Source: Thalia democratica (lineage: Eukaryota). Taken from it: 64,000 nucleotides of DNA. Position 1 is the first letter of the stretch, and every line of letters starts with the position of its first letter. The notes below the pieces were generated by a model. It had not been told where the DNA came from. It saw nothing but the letters and a program-made list of their open reading frames with translations, and did not search any database. This document shows positions 13,001-26,879 of the stretch, one piece after another. The DNA is taken from NCBI GenBank assembly GCA_965202585.1, contig OZ241830.1, forward strand, positions 6,324,001 to 6,388,000, read 5' to 3'. The translations under genes and the position numbers were made by a program.

Positions 13001-16000
13001 GCAAGGACAAAAAGGATCTCGTGGTTCTCCAGGAATTATAGGAAACAAGGTGAACATTTAATTTTGTTTATTTTTTCATGACTTTTATTTAACTTTAAAT
13101 GGCTAAGGTTTTATAAAGTTGAATTATTTTGAGTACCGTTTACTTTTGGTAAAATTTGTCTACTAAAATTGCATCAAATTAAGTTATTAAGAAAATTATG
13201 AAGTATTTTTAATACTTTTTTTTGAGCTTTAATTATCTGTAATTTTTTAGGGAGAACAAGGACTAAAGGGACCCCCAGGACCGCCAGGTTACAGTGGATT
13301 ACCAGGAATACAAGGAGATATCGGGCCAAAGGTAAGTATACCATAAATAAATCATGAACTATATCAACTGAACTGGTAAATATTTTGTTCTTACTTCATG
13401 TAGTTAAAAGTTTTTATCAGTTCAATATTTTATTTTTGTTTTGATTAGCAAAACAAATTAGATACATGATTGTTATACTTCTATGAAACTAATTGGCGTA
13501 TTAACGTTCATAATAGTTATTTTCTAATTACTGATTGATATAACATTAAGTTGGCATTCAGCTGAGAATGTTAAACTTGTACAACATATAGCTTCGAGGT
13601 TGAATAAAGTAGAGACTTGTTTTTTATTCTTCAAAACATTTTTCCAGGGTCCGAAAGGGGAGGCCGGTTTACCGGGACAACTTTCCACGGCCCCAGGACC
13701 AGTTGGACCGCCTGGAAGCCCTGGACAAAAAGTAATTATTACAATTTGTAATTGATTGTAGATAGAAACATCAAATAGTATAACAAATATAATACAAGTT
13801 ATAACAAAATATTGATTTCATATCATTAGGTTGAGAAAATATTGTTAGATAAGACAAAAGTAGTAGTATTGCTACAGAATATTTTTAAAGTTTTTCGTTC
13901 TTTAGAATATTATTGAAAGAATGGTTTTGAATACGTAACATTTATTTTTATAAGGTTTCCTTTAAAAAAATATTTAGTTCAGTATTAACTTAACAACTAT
14001 ATTTCTAAGTTTTATATATTTTCACAGGGTCAACTGGGTCAGACTGGCTACAAAGGGGACCAGGGCGTCCAAGGAATACCAGGGCAAAGAGGACCAGTGG
14101 TACGTTGAACTTAAATAATTATTTTTTTTAATAATATAAAAATTTACTTGTGTAATAGCTTATTGACTTAACTTAACAAAATTTTCCTTGTTTAAGCTGC
14201 AAGGTTAAAATGAATTTTATTTAGTTTTTTGTTCACTCTACACGCATGTATATATTAAAAACAAGCTCAGATAAATACTATGGTACTAACTTAGTTTTTT
14301 TATAATTAATATTATTATACTAACTTAGTTTTTTATACTTAATATTTTTGTTCTAACTTAGTTTTCATATAACTTGTATACATAGGGTCCACAAGGTCCT
14401 AGAGGGGAAGTCAATGAAGTTTATCTGAAAACACTCATTAGAAATATGATAATAGAATACAACGAGGAAACCAGTGAGTAGGAAAAATATGTTTTTAAGT
14501 AAAAGCATTAAAAAAACTCTTTTGTAGTAAACTAGTTTATGATAAGCTTAAAACACACAAGCATAGCATTTAAAAAATTTAAAAATGTTCAAAGCTTGTT
14601 TATAGTGGAAAATTAAAATTAGCTTTTGTTCCTATTATTGTTCCTATGTATTCAAGTTAATCTTTCTTGAATTGTTTTAAGTGTTTCCTAATGCTGCAGT
14701 AACTATATGAGAAGGCTGAAAAATCTATTTATTCAACCGTTTACAAATTGTTTTTATTCTTTTACAGACTGCGGAAAATGCCAAGAATGCGTTGAAGACA
14801 ACTCTGGAGGTAAAAAAGTTGTAAAAGTAAACAAATAAAATAAATGTACATACTAAATTTTTTTATATAAAATCGTGTTGTATGAAAAGATAAAACATAA
14901 TATATCAGACAACTTGAAGAATGTTTAAAAAATTGTGTTTGTTTTGTAACTCTAGAAAATGTTTGACTAAGATAAAATGCCTCAACATATAAAGTTTGCA
15001 AAAAGATTAAGTTGTGAAGTTTGCGAAAAGATTAAGTTATAAAGTTTGTAGGGAGATTAAGTTATGATGTAATTTTCTGCACTTTTAAAAGTTTACATAA
15101 ACATTCCTACGTGCAAATTTTCACTAAAAGTTTCATTTTACAAAACTTTTCCCATCATTTTGTTCAACATAATAAAACTTTGTTGAATAGAAGCTTATTG
15201 TGAAAAGTTCTTTTGATCGATTTAATTTTTTTTTTTTTGGTGAAATTACGTAAAACTTGTTTGCTTAATTTTGCACAAAGGCCAAGTTTAAAGCCATAGA
15301 AAAAAAATTTGAGTAGCGATTTGTAAAGATGTTTTGTGAAAAAGTTAATTATTCACGGTCGACGATTAAAACAACATAGAGGTCATAAATGTTACAAAGT
15401 TGAATGTTGACAAAAAAAAACATAAACAATTAATTACTTTGTTATTTGTTGACGAAATATTATCTTTTTGATCAACAATAAACTTTGATTGTTTATAAAA
15501 AACAATTCATTATTTAATATTATTCATAACGTTGTACTTTAATTAATTCCTTAAACATACTAAGTTGTTATCTTTAAAGTTTTACGATTTTGTTGATTAT
15601 TGTGATACCAAGTTAATTTTATGAAGAAAATGGTTATTAAATTAGATTGTATTAAGTTTAGTTAAATGAATTTACGTTCCCCATTTTAAATCAACGGTCA
15701 TTTAGTAAGCAACAAATTTGGAGATTAAAACGATTTTACGCATATTGTGCGAACACAGATACAGTTTTACAAAGTCTAATGCTATGTTTTATAAATTATC
15801 TATTATTTAATTTTGTAATCTTGACTTATTTGTTTTTTTTTAACTTTAGGCTTAGATTTGTTACCACCAGTAATCACATTACTCATTACCAAAAAGGCAT
15901 TAAAATTAATTTTTTTAATCTAAAACTTTAAAGTTAAACTTATAAAGTTTTACTGTTTTGATCTATAACCAAATACTTTAAAAAAACACCACTAATTATT

Positions 16001-19000
16001 AAACATTTTTTAGATCTACCATGGCCCATAGTCGACACAGACGACATAACTTGCTACAAGCAGTGCAAGAAGAAGAAATTGGACGTCGTATTTGTGATTG
16101 ATGGCAGTGACCCGGCTACAGATAAATTCGAAAAAATTAAGAGAGTTATATTCGAAAGTTTGAAAGCAATTAAACCAGGTAAGAAGTGATATAGGTTCTT
16201 TTTTCTTACCATTGTTGTTTTTAGATTGCAGTTAAGTTAGTTTGTTTATTTTTGTTTAACTTTATAAAATAATTCCACCTACCAACGCTACTGTTATTAC
16301 AAATAAAAACTTAACTAAAAAATATTGCTCAATTTACTGTAAAACAAAAAGCTTATCTAAACATAACAGTTAAAGGTTAATTTCAGACAAATACCTATGT
16401 CTAAATAAATTTATAAATAAACTAAATAACTGTAAATAACAATTGCTAGTTCTAAGTATTTTTCTCGCATGGTTCAATTATCTTAGCAATTTAAAAACGT
16501 TTTAATAAACTTTTCACAAAAATTTAAAATATTTAAAACCTGTATTTCATAACAGTAACGTACAAAACTATATTTCCAGGTAAATTCAAGCACGAAATGA
16601 GGGTCAGGGTGCTGAACTTTGGCGGGTACGATTACAACAGTAACGTGGACACCCACGTATGTCTGGACCGGAGGATAGCCAGGGAGGATTACGGGGTGAG
16701 TTGCATGTCCATCACCCAGCTGGAGGAAGCGATCATGGGTATTCAGCAGATTGGAGGGGCAACAACCATAATGCCTGTGTTGAAGTAAATTGAACTTCTT
16801 TATTTTTATTTTATTTTATTTTAGTTTTATTACGAGCTTTCAGCAAATTTGAGGGAAAATTACTATTACACCTGTGTTGAGATTATTTGATTTTTTAATT
16901 ATTGTTTTGCCTTAATTTTATCATGGGTATTCAGAGAATTTGAGAGAACAAAACTATCATGCCTGCGTTGAAGTAAATATTTTAGTTTTAATTTGTTATT
17001 TTGTTTTAATTTATGATAAATATCAAAAAAATTGGAGTAGAAGCTAAAGTACATGTATTAAATTAGTAATAAACTGTTGAGAAACTTATTGTTTTAAAGT
17101 ATAAACGAATAATGTAGCAGAGAATTTATAGTACTATAGTGGAATATATAAGTCAAAGTTTCAGCAAATTCAGCAGTAAAATTTACAACCTTTACTTTGT
17201 AAAAACTTAACATAATTTGAACTCGTATAAATTATAATTTTGTGTTTCAGAAAACGTGTGTTCTGTAATTACAGCTCTTTAAAATGATTGTAGGTTTTTT
17301 TTCAGATTAAAACAAGAGCTTATTAGCTAAATAGCTTAATCGTTTTGAGGTTTAAACCTAACTTAACTACATAAGGTCTAAACTTCAAACATGCTAATTG
17401 ATATCGTCAATTTAATTTTTATTTATTGTATATTGGATTATGACATTATAAGCTTTTAAGCGATCGACTACAGCTCATTTAGCTTTAATTTGAAAGCTTT
17501 CGTTTAGCTGTTTAGACCACATGATTTTTAAAACAACAAGTTTGTTGATAGACAGTTTAACAGTTCAAGTTGAAGCAATTTAACAAAATGTAACCTTTAC
17601 AACAGCTATACTGTTACTTTATCCTTAACTATTCGATATAATTATATATCAGTAAATCAAATAACTTACATAAATTGTTTCAATATTTTTTTAGCGTGAA
17701 CATTAATTTATGTTTTATAACACTAGTAAAACCTTTAAATACATATTTATAAATAAATGTTAAAAAGTTAGTTCATTTACTATTTTAAACTTTATATCGG
17801 TTTTATCACATTGTTTGATATTCGTCGAAACTAATCGAAACGTTTTATTAGATAAATCAATATACAATTTGTTTATTTAGTTTTAGTGTATATATTTCCT
17901 ACAGTCACGTATCAAGCGACAGTTTCACGTTGAGGAAGAAATCCGAATCAATGCTGATCACCATCGTGGATGGGCCACTAGAGGACGCAGATGAGCTGAT
18001 CTTCTCAGAAGAGATCGGCATCATTATGAAGAAGTTCGATTACAGGTACCAAGTTATTGAAAAAACAAACGTCAGCAATTACATCATCTGAATATGTGTT
18101 ATAAGATTTGCAGAAAATTTTTAAAACGATTTGCGATTTAAAAACCGATTTAAATTTGAAACTAAAACTCTTCCTACTAATACTAAAACCTAAAAAATAA
18201 TTGGTGACTCGTTGCAAATTTTTACTGCGAACAAAAAACAGACATATATATATAGATTGTGTTAAAAGAATTTAAGTAATACTTTAATCGTATAAATTAT
18301 AGAACAACTGTTAAGATTTCTACACCTTTTATACTTCAACTCTTTAGCCTTTTATAAAAAAAAATAACGTGAAAATTGTTTTATCTGAATTAATTATGTT
18401 TTTGTATAATTTAGCACCGAAAATAACAAAAAATATGTCTAAAATCACAACAAAAGCATAATATACAACCATTTATTTTAATATTACTACCTAGATACGG
18501 AGTTTCGATGCGAGAAAACAAACCGACCTGGTTGTCATCCTTCTGCCATAAAAAATGTCTCAACTACAACGAATTAAACTTGACTGAAGCCATCAACGAA
18601 GTCACTGAAGAAGTTTGTTGTGATAAACCGGGTAAAAATTTTTTTCTATTAACTATAAACCTAATGTATGTACAATTCAGGTTGGATTTACTTTGATACA
18701 AGTTGTACTAGTTGCTTGTATAATCGTATAATGTCCTAATAGAAACAGCTAACAGTTATATTTATAAGTTTTTTAAACAAAAAAACAATCTAAATTTTCT
18801 AAACTATTTATAAAAACTGAAACAACTTAAGTTTTATAAAGTCCTATCGGAGTGACTGAACTGTGTTGATTTTACAAAAAGTTCTAACTTTATACACACC
18901 TTTATGTACAGTTAAGTATAATACATTAGCAATGTAAAGACATGAAACCAAATTAAAATCTTCACTTTATAGAATGCAAGTACCTCCCAATGGACCTGAT

Positions 19001-20859
19001 GATTCTCATGGACGGTAGCGAGTCCATAAGTGACCAAAACTTCCAGGAGTTGAAGCAATGGACCACAGGTATGATGGAGACTGTCCTTCCCAACCCCAAG
19101 AACATGACCGACCCCTTGAACCTCCAAATCGTTCAGTTTGCACATCAGGTAAATATTTAAAACGAGTGGTAAAAATATTAAACTATATTTTTAACTAGCT
19201 GAAATTTTAAACTTCACTAACTTTTAAATTTAACATTGTTTACTGAACGATTAAAAAGCGCTCAAAATGTTTGTTTCACTTTCGGTTATCTAGTCGTACA
19301 CCACGGATACCTTTTAACTCCAGTACCTTAAGTTGACTAAACAAAATGTAAAAACATAACACATAAAAATAAAAACTTACTTTTTATCTCAAGAAATTTT
19401 TAGATTCAAACAAGAATGTATGCAAAATTTACCTCTTTATCCTCTAAATCGTACAGAACATGTTTGTTTAGCTTTTATTTTTCCAACAGGTTCGAACAGA
19501 GGTGAACACTTACATCTGCAACAACCCCGGCAACGACACGGTGGTGGTGAGCAACTTCCCTGACAACGACCCGCCTAGCAACGCCCCCTCGATACTCCCC
19601 CTCCCCGCATTGTCCCTGGCAAACTGCGAAGATTACTCGAGCGTGAAGAAAACGATTGAGGGGATTTCCCAGTATGAGAGAGGAGGAACGGACATGTGGA
19701 AGGCGCTGGAGTACGTGGATGGGGAAATGGAATACAAGGTTGCCAGGACAACTACTAAAGTGGGGGCTTTTTTATTTGTTTTAAACATACACTGCTTTAG
19801 GAACTGTATTTGAAAAAGTCTACTTTAGGATATTTGTAAAACTATGTTTATTTTAATTTATCTAAGATTGAATATTTCATGCATACAAATAAAACAAATT
19901 TAATCATTTTATTTCTTAATTTTTCAAAGGTGATGATCACAATAACAGACGGAGCTTACGTTGAAGCGACGGATGAAAATAGACGCCTGTTGAACCAACT
20001 TAAACTGAAATTTGATCACATGCTTGCAGTTGGAGTTGGTGAATTTAGTGAGAAAGATTGGAAACAACTGGAAGACCTCACTAAGAATAGCGAGGTTATT
20101 AGTAGTTCTAATGTAACTAATTCTGTGATTTTTTAGTATCTTTCTGACTTATTATTCGTTCTTATCCTGTTAAATTGTATTTCATAAAAATTCTGTTGTA
20201 TACAAATATATATAAATATAATATTTTCAAATAGTAATTAGACATAAAAGTTTTTCAACTTTGTACATTTTATTAAAACTATAAATTAAACACTTTACAT
20301 TAAGTTGTAAAAATATAAAATAACTCATTTAAAGGTTATAAGTGTGATAGGCTTTTTTGTATAAATCATTTTATTTTGCTAATGTGTTTATGTTAAGTCT
20401 AATTTGCGTTTATAGGTAATAAGCGTTAAAGATTACACAAGTTTGAATGAAAACTTCAAGGACATACTGATGACCGTTTGTGAGACTCACGAACCAGAAA
20501 GTTAGTTAACATGTTTAAATATAACTTGTAATAATTTCAATACTTTTTATTGGCTTGTAAACATGTGCTTTGTTTTTTTAATGATAGTAAATCTTTGTTT
20601 TATAAAATTGTACTCTGCATTAAGATAAAGCAACAAAAATATAAATCGATTTTAAAACGTTTAAAAAAAAAAACAAGTTTTTTAAACATCTACAAACTTT
20701 ATTCATAATTATTCTTTTATTTAACTTTCACGATAAACACAAGCAGAATATATATGTAAAACAAAAACAGAACCAAAACCAGAAGAAAGACCTCCTCCGA
20801 GGGGCGACAACCGAAGACGTAGAAGGAGGAGACATGGAAAGATGAACGTGACGTCATAA
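1088..20859 (+). CDS. Gene A: secreted vWA-collagen-vWA-vWA protein (collagen VI alpha1/alpha2-like architecture), ~1096 aa, 34 coding exons
   Basis: Hand-spliced GT-AG exons giving one open frame (sum 3291 nt): 1088-1334, 3255-3397, 3933(alt 3909)-4059, 6089-6138, 6488-6618, 8278-8354, 8483-8550, 8897-8941, 9266-9295, 9360-9413, 9693-9719, 9869-9901, 10186-10257, 10613-10666, 10980-11015, 11412-11456, 11516-11590, 12131-12184, 12616-12660, 12996-13049, 13251-13331, 13648-13731, 14028-14099, 14386-14473, 14768-14809, 16014-16178, 16580-16784, 17905-18045, 18495-18631, 18973-19148, 19490-19759, 19930-20094, 20416-20500, 20747-20859. Signal peptide MLKPSILIFLTTLLILGCHG; vWA motifs DLVILIDSS, LDVVFVIDGS, MDLMILMDGSES, ITITDG, AVGVG; phase-0 Gly-X-Y exons. 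Confidence 0.9.
2642..3150. repeat. Diverged ~260-bp tandem duplication in gene A intron 1
   Basis: aaatcaaactacaaataaatttcacagcattttgttag and aaaagttaaacccaaactcttac each occur twice ~250-270 nt apart. Confidence 0.85.
3255..8550 (+). other. Gene A N-terminal vWA domain (6 exons)
   Basis: DLVILIDSSECFRDQW...FLGGSAFLN...LVLTNGKS...IPVSV; aligns with the gene B N-terminal vWA ([16 protein letters not shown]...FIGQGAYLD...ITLTNGKS...IPVSV) and shares four intron positions and phases with it. Confidence 0.85.
9287..14412 (+). other. Gene A collagen triple-helical region (~274 aa, 16 exons, three short interruptions)
   Basis: Continuous Gly-X-Y across phase-0 exons of 27-84 nt; interruptions GEPSEG, GDKSDIPG, GQLSTAPG; one Gly-Cys-Cys triplet at 12140-12148. 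Confidence 0.9.
14281..14365. repeat. Three short copies of actaacttagttttt upstream of a gene A acceptor
   Basis: (a/t)ctaacttagtttt at ~14285, ~14319, ~14352; each carries a branch-point-like CTAAC. Confidence 0.7.
16014..20500 (+). other. Gene A two C-terminal vWA domains
   Basis: LDVVFVIDGSDP...MLITIVDG (16014-18631) and MDLMILMDGSES...KVMITITDG...MLAVGVGE (18973-20500), each preceded by Cys-rich linkers. Confidence 0.88.
16732..16978. repeat. Two decayed intronic copies of the 3' end of exon 16580-16784 plus its donor
   Basis: atcatgggtattcagcagattggaggggcaacaaccataatgcctgtgttgaagtaaat is re-found, diverged, at ~16829-16888 and ~16920-16978. Confidence 0.85.
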
Positions 20860-23800
20860 AGAGAAAATTTAATGTGACGTCACAATTATATCAAAATTAG
20901 TAAGCGCTGTACAACGTACTAACCCATTTGAAAATTTTCAATAACAATCTTTTTAAAACAACAATTAAATTTTACGTTAATCAATTAACAGTATTACAGA
21001 ACAACTAATTTAGTTTTTTAATTATTAAAAATGTTTTTAAGCATGACTTTTTTTTCCGCTTTATTTCTTGACACCATGAATACTATTTTGTACTTTTTTT
21101 TTTGTTTTTAGAAAACTTTATTTATTCTATGAGCCTCATGTGTATTTTTTTTGTTTTTTGACAAAGTGTTTTTTTTTAACTTTAAAAAAATAAAGTAAGA
21201 ATTGTAAACCTTTAAACAAAATATTATGTAGGTATTGTGTGCACGTAGGTAGACTAACTATTTACTATATTAACGCTTTGAAAACTACTAAAATATATTT
21301 ATTATGATTTAACTTAGTCTGCTTTGAGTAACCTACGAAAAAGTATGGTACAACTTATTTTTAAAACTTATAGTTTTGAAAGCTAACCACACAACAAATA
21401 AGGTAAACATAAAACTAACGACTCACTTAAAACATATATACATGAAACTATATTTGTACAACTTTGTTAAACAACAAGTATATTTAATTAAAAACAGTTA
21501 AGATTATTTTACAAAGCGGTTATACAATGTCAAATATAAAAACTTAATTCTTTTAAATTAAATCAGTTATGACATAAATACTGTTTGTTAGGTTTTAAAG
21601 TTTTAATACAGATTAATTTGAATAAAAAAAAAGTTATATAACTTAGCATTTCATAATTACTTGTAATTTTATTTACTACTAGTATGTAAAAAACTTGAAT
21701 GTGTTTTATCATATATAGTATACATTTCGTTTGTATATAAAAGCTAAGTGTTATAAAACCGCTTATAGTAAATAAATTTCGATATAAAGTTTACATAAAA
21801 ACATTTAATGGGTCTAACAGTTTACAAATTAGTGAAATTAATTGTCAGCATTTAACAACTTTATACTAATGGTCAATAACAAATAAGTTTATTAACAAAA
21901 TTAAATTAAACTTAACACTATGTTTATTGTAAATATACAAAAAGATTAACAAAAAATATGTAAATTGTATTCCATAAAATATGTTATAGTTTTGTAAGAT
22001 AACTATAAAACATTTAAAATATAATCACTTAATAAAACTATATCAAATTTACTTTAATATTTGATATTATTTAGAAAAATAGCGAGTGGAAAGATTTGTT
22101 TTATAAAACTAAATTATAATTAAAAGTTATAAAACGCGTTTTCGGTTATTATTTTTAATATTGATAATAAAACAATCGATAAATCTCAAAAATATTATAG
22201 TTTTAGTAAAAAAATAACTTCAATACGGCTTTTCAAAAGTTTTGGCAATATATAAGAAAATTAAATTATAATCAATTATTTTCCACTTTGCTTTACACTA
22301 ACAAAAATACCATAAATAAATATACAGTGTATAAAAGGAATGTCTGTTCATTTCAACAATTCTTACAAAGTTTGTCTTAGAGTTTAGATAAAAACTAAAA
22401 ATTATAATCAATGTGTAAAGAAAGAGTAGTATTTAAAATGAATTTGCTTTAATTATGTCTACAATTAAACTTACAATTATCTTTACTAAACAGTACATTT
22501 TTGTACTTAAAAGTATTTATTTGAAGATAATTGCAACTAAAATGCAACTAAAACAGTTATTTGAACGAAGTAAAAGAAATTTACTTTGTAATAAATGGAC
22601 CATCTGTACTTAACAAGCCTTCAAGAAATAGACAGCAACTTTAAGTAGTACTTCAAACAAGAGAGCAAAGTCTACATGTAGAAGCTTGCGGTCAATTAGC
22701 TATCAGCCGAATTGTGATTAACTAGAATACTTGCTACCAGATTTTAATTGAACTGAATTTGAACCTTTTAGCTAGCATTAAAACGGATTTACTCATAAGA
22801 TGAAAATTATTAAAAATAGGTTTCAGTTAATATCAATGCTTATCAATAAATTTTTGTTTGTTTATGCAAGGATATCAAATTAAATATTAGTCTTCAAAAA
22901 TTAAGTCTGGCAGCAAATTATAAGTATGATGCGATTAATGTTTTTTATCTTTTAGTTTGTTTATTTTTAATATTGATTTCATAGCTGAAAGCTAATTTAG
23001 ATCTGATAATAGAGTCTGACATTAAAAAAAGAACTTAAATATAAGCTCTAATTATCAACAAGCTTTAACATTATTGTCTGACCCTTCTAGACTTAGCTTT
23101 AATATCAATACTTGAATTAGTTAAAAGCAGCTCGTAGATTTATTAGAAAGTCTAATAATATCTGTTTATCAGTTTAATTTTTATTAGTTTTTTAGCTGTA
23201 GTTTGAACGAAAACAAGGTTTATTGGAGTTGTAAAAACTTGTATTTATGTCTTGAAAGTATCCAAACAAACAATTTATCTTTTATAAGTTTCTACTTGAA
23301 CACAGTTTTATATTCACAAAAAGTATATATCAGAAAATATACAGAAAAGCTCTTTTTTTAATGTTTATTTAAATTAGGAAACTTATCAAGTAAATAATTG
23401 ATTTTATTATAAACTAAGTTTTATATTTTTGAACTTAACTTTGTTTAAAATGAAAAAAAAACAGTTTATGCTATCTATACTAGTTCAGTGTTTTTTATTT
23501 TAATGCAATTTAGTACTAATAGTTTAAAAACAAGCCACTTCTTTATACTGTATATGATAAATTAAAACTTTGTTAAAGGACATCAAGTAACAACTTTCAA
23601 CTGTATTGAAACTAATTTAAATGGATAGAAAGAAAATTTTGTTAATGAAAAGAAAATATAGTAAAAAGTACGTATATAGACGTTAAACGTATTTCTATTG
23701 AAAATTTTAAGATTTTTTTCAATACTATGTAAGTCTAACTTTTATGTCTACGTCGATTTACTATAAATTATACCTTACATATTTCTCGAAAAGTTTGTAT

Positions 23801-26800
23801 ACAAATTGCAATTTTCTATTGAGAATTACCTTTTTCGCTGAAACTATAAACATTAGTGAACAAATTTAGTCTGAATTTTATTGCACATGACTTTGGTTTA
23901 ATGAATAGCTCAAGTTTGAGATTTGCATATCTCAAAAAGTTTTCATTGAACAAGTTTTAGTAAAAATTAAGATAATTTTCTTCTATTTATAGTTAAAACT
24001 CACTATTTTAAATACTCTCTATACTTTAAAGTTGTATCAAAAAGAATAAAATTAAAGTAAAAGAAGTATTTTTTGTTCAAACAAGTATAAATATTTGTAC
24101 TAAAATAACTTATGAAACTTCACGGCAGAAGTATGTGACGTAAAATATTTGTGAACAACTGTAATGAATTGCACAACACAATATTCAGCATTCAATGCTG
24201 CAAAGATACCACAAAAATTTAAATTATAATTCCACATACTACGCCTCCAGGTACGTCAATAGAATCTGTAAATTTATTAAATTCATTTCTCGAATTTAAC
24301 ACACAAATTGTTGTATATTAGACTTTATTTGCAGCTATCATTTTAAGCTTTGAGGAATTTTTGTCTTTTCAAAGTCAATTGGTCGTTTTTCCCACATTTT
24401 TGCGACTAATTTCGAGCCCAATTTCACAGCGATATTAAGTTTTATTTTCGAGCAAATTTGCAAATTAGCTACGGTTTTTATGTAAGATTTTTACATTAAA
24501 AATAATGTAGTTACATAATTAAAACTAAGCTGTTTAGTACAACCCTAATATTAATTTTTTTTGGAAGGTTGTTAGAGATCAATTCAAACTTTTATAGTTT
24601 TATAACCTTTTGTTTATTTAATAGGTAAAAACTTTGACACATCTGTTTAAGAACACAAAAAATAAAAGTTAAAACAAAAATATTAAAGTCTAGAAAGTTT
24701 CACAGTTATAACATTTATCACCTTTATGTTTTTAGTATGCTTAAAGAAAAATGTAAAATCAGTTGCTTTATATTCTGTTTAAACACAATATTAAAAATCT
24801 AAAGTTTCTCATAAAGTACAACATTAGTTTATACCAAACGTAAATAGTGTTTTGGTTTTTATTAATCTTAATAATTTGTTCAGCTTGTATATGTACATAG
24901 AAAAGTAAAAACACACAAACTAACATTTATGTGAAACTTTATAGATAAACTAACTTCATACAAATCATAAAACAAGATTAATTTTATAAAATTTCAAGTT
25001 TTGTTTTGTACGCAGTCAGTATTTAATACGATTATCTTTCAATCATTGCAAACTTAACTAAATTAAAGGTTTTTGTTAGAGAAATGTAAAAATTTGTCAT
25101 TTTTAGTGTACAATTTTTGTTTTTTTTTGTCTTTTTGTTGTATGTCTTTCTGTATAAGTGGCCTAGGTTTTGATGCCTGGGTCCTTCGTACGACAATAAA
25201 CTTACAATAATAAATAAGAAGCATTAAAAAATACAAAACCAAGTTTTTGTCCGATTGTAATTTCAAGTCAATACATTTGCTACCATCCGTTTATAATCTC
25301 CAAATTTATTCATTTTCAGCCACTCATTTGTATCAGAAAAAACACAACACAAGATTTCACTACTAGTTACCGAAAAACAAATGTTTTCATTTTTATAGTT
25401 GAAGGTCCTTGTACATTTTTAGTTCAAAATATCAGGGAATTAGTTTGACATTTAATGGAATAAAGTTAGACTATAGAAACACCTTTTTAAGTATCATTAA
25501 ATTAAAGTTAGACGTTTAACGTTTCAAATTAGGTAGTCTAACGTTTTACTTGTAACAAAATCACACTGTAAAATATGAAAATTGTAAAAAACCAGTGTAC
25601 AATAAAAATTATACACTTTAATTTAATTTTATAACTAAATAATAAATCTGCAACTTATTACAAATCACTTTACGAGGCATGTAAATTCGAAGGTCACCAA
25701 TGAAAAAGTACGTTGACCTCACTCAATTCAACTTTTTCCGGTTTGCAAGCGAAAATCACGTTCTTTTGATTGCGCAGTGGGCACGCTAGTTTTGTGCGCT
25801 GCAACATAAATATCATGGCCACACGTTTTAACTAGCGCGGCTACAAAATTTTTGCAACTTGTAGCCAGTTTGCTAACCGATTGTTGCGACATGTTTATTC
25901 TAACCGGCGGCAGCAAAGCAAATGTCAAACTCAGTGTTTATTGTAACCAGCCCACATGACTAGTTGCTACTATTTGACAACACGTCTGCCCACCCCTAAT
26001 TCAAACACTAAACTTTATAACTTATTTTAAACCATGAATTTTAATAAATTCACCTTATAGGCAAACACCGTATGAAACTCGACTTTTTACTTAATAATAA
26101 CACCAATAAATCACAAACAATCCCAGATATATCCTCGCATTAAATTAAAAATAATTCCCAGCTATAAGGTCAATAACTTTTTTATTAGATCAAATTAATA
26201 AATTATAGTTCGTACGAAAATTAGTTAGTAAAATAATAAAATAAGTTAGTACAAAAATTTACTAATAAACTATTATAGACCACACACAAATTATATTGTC
26301 ATTTTTTATTATCTAATTATATTGCTTATTATCTAAAAGAACAAAGCAAAAGTGGTTATTATCAAAAAAAATCAAGTGTGAGATTAAATTTAGTACGTGT
26401 ACAACAACACGAATATTCGTGGAAACTTATCTATGTATCAGTGATAACTTATTGCACTCAGATTATATTGTTACTTTTAAAGGTAGTCTACTTACATGTT
26501 TAATAAAAATATTAAATATTTGGTATCAAAAAACAAATGTGCACAAAAATATACTCGCCTATGATAATTGACTACACTTCTATCATATTGTGTTTAATTT
26601 TTAAAGCTCATTTATCTCCAATAGTATATAAACACCAAATAATAACAGTATATTAAATACCGTTACTTTGCTATTTTTTTGTAAACCTAATCTAACACGT
26701 TTATATACAAATGTTAAATTAAGCTCTTGTATTGAATACAAATTCCAAAAACGCATCCTTTTTACCACCGCTATACAATGTTAAGTTTTCAAAGCTCATT

Positions 26801-26879
26801 TATCTCCATTACTACAAACAGTAAACCAAGTGTTAAAATTTAGCATAAAGACACGAATATAACTTTAACAAAACTCAAA

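Noticed and set aside
15850-15896. Possible extra gene A exon after taactttag (GLDLLPPVIT...)
   Set aside because: Available donors give phase 0, incompatible with the flanking phase-1 junctions 14809/16014, which join cleanly.
22540-23170. Protein-like reading with scattered stops (possible decayed TE or pseudogene)
   Set aside because: No recognisable motif; cannot be distinguished from chance in AT-rich DNA without a translated search.
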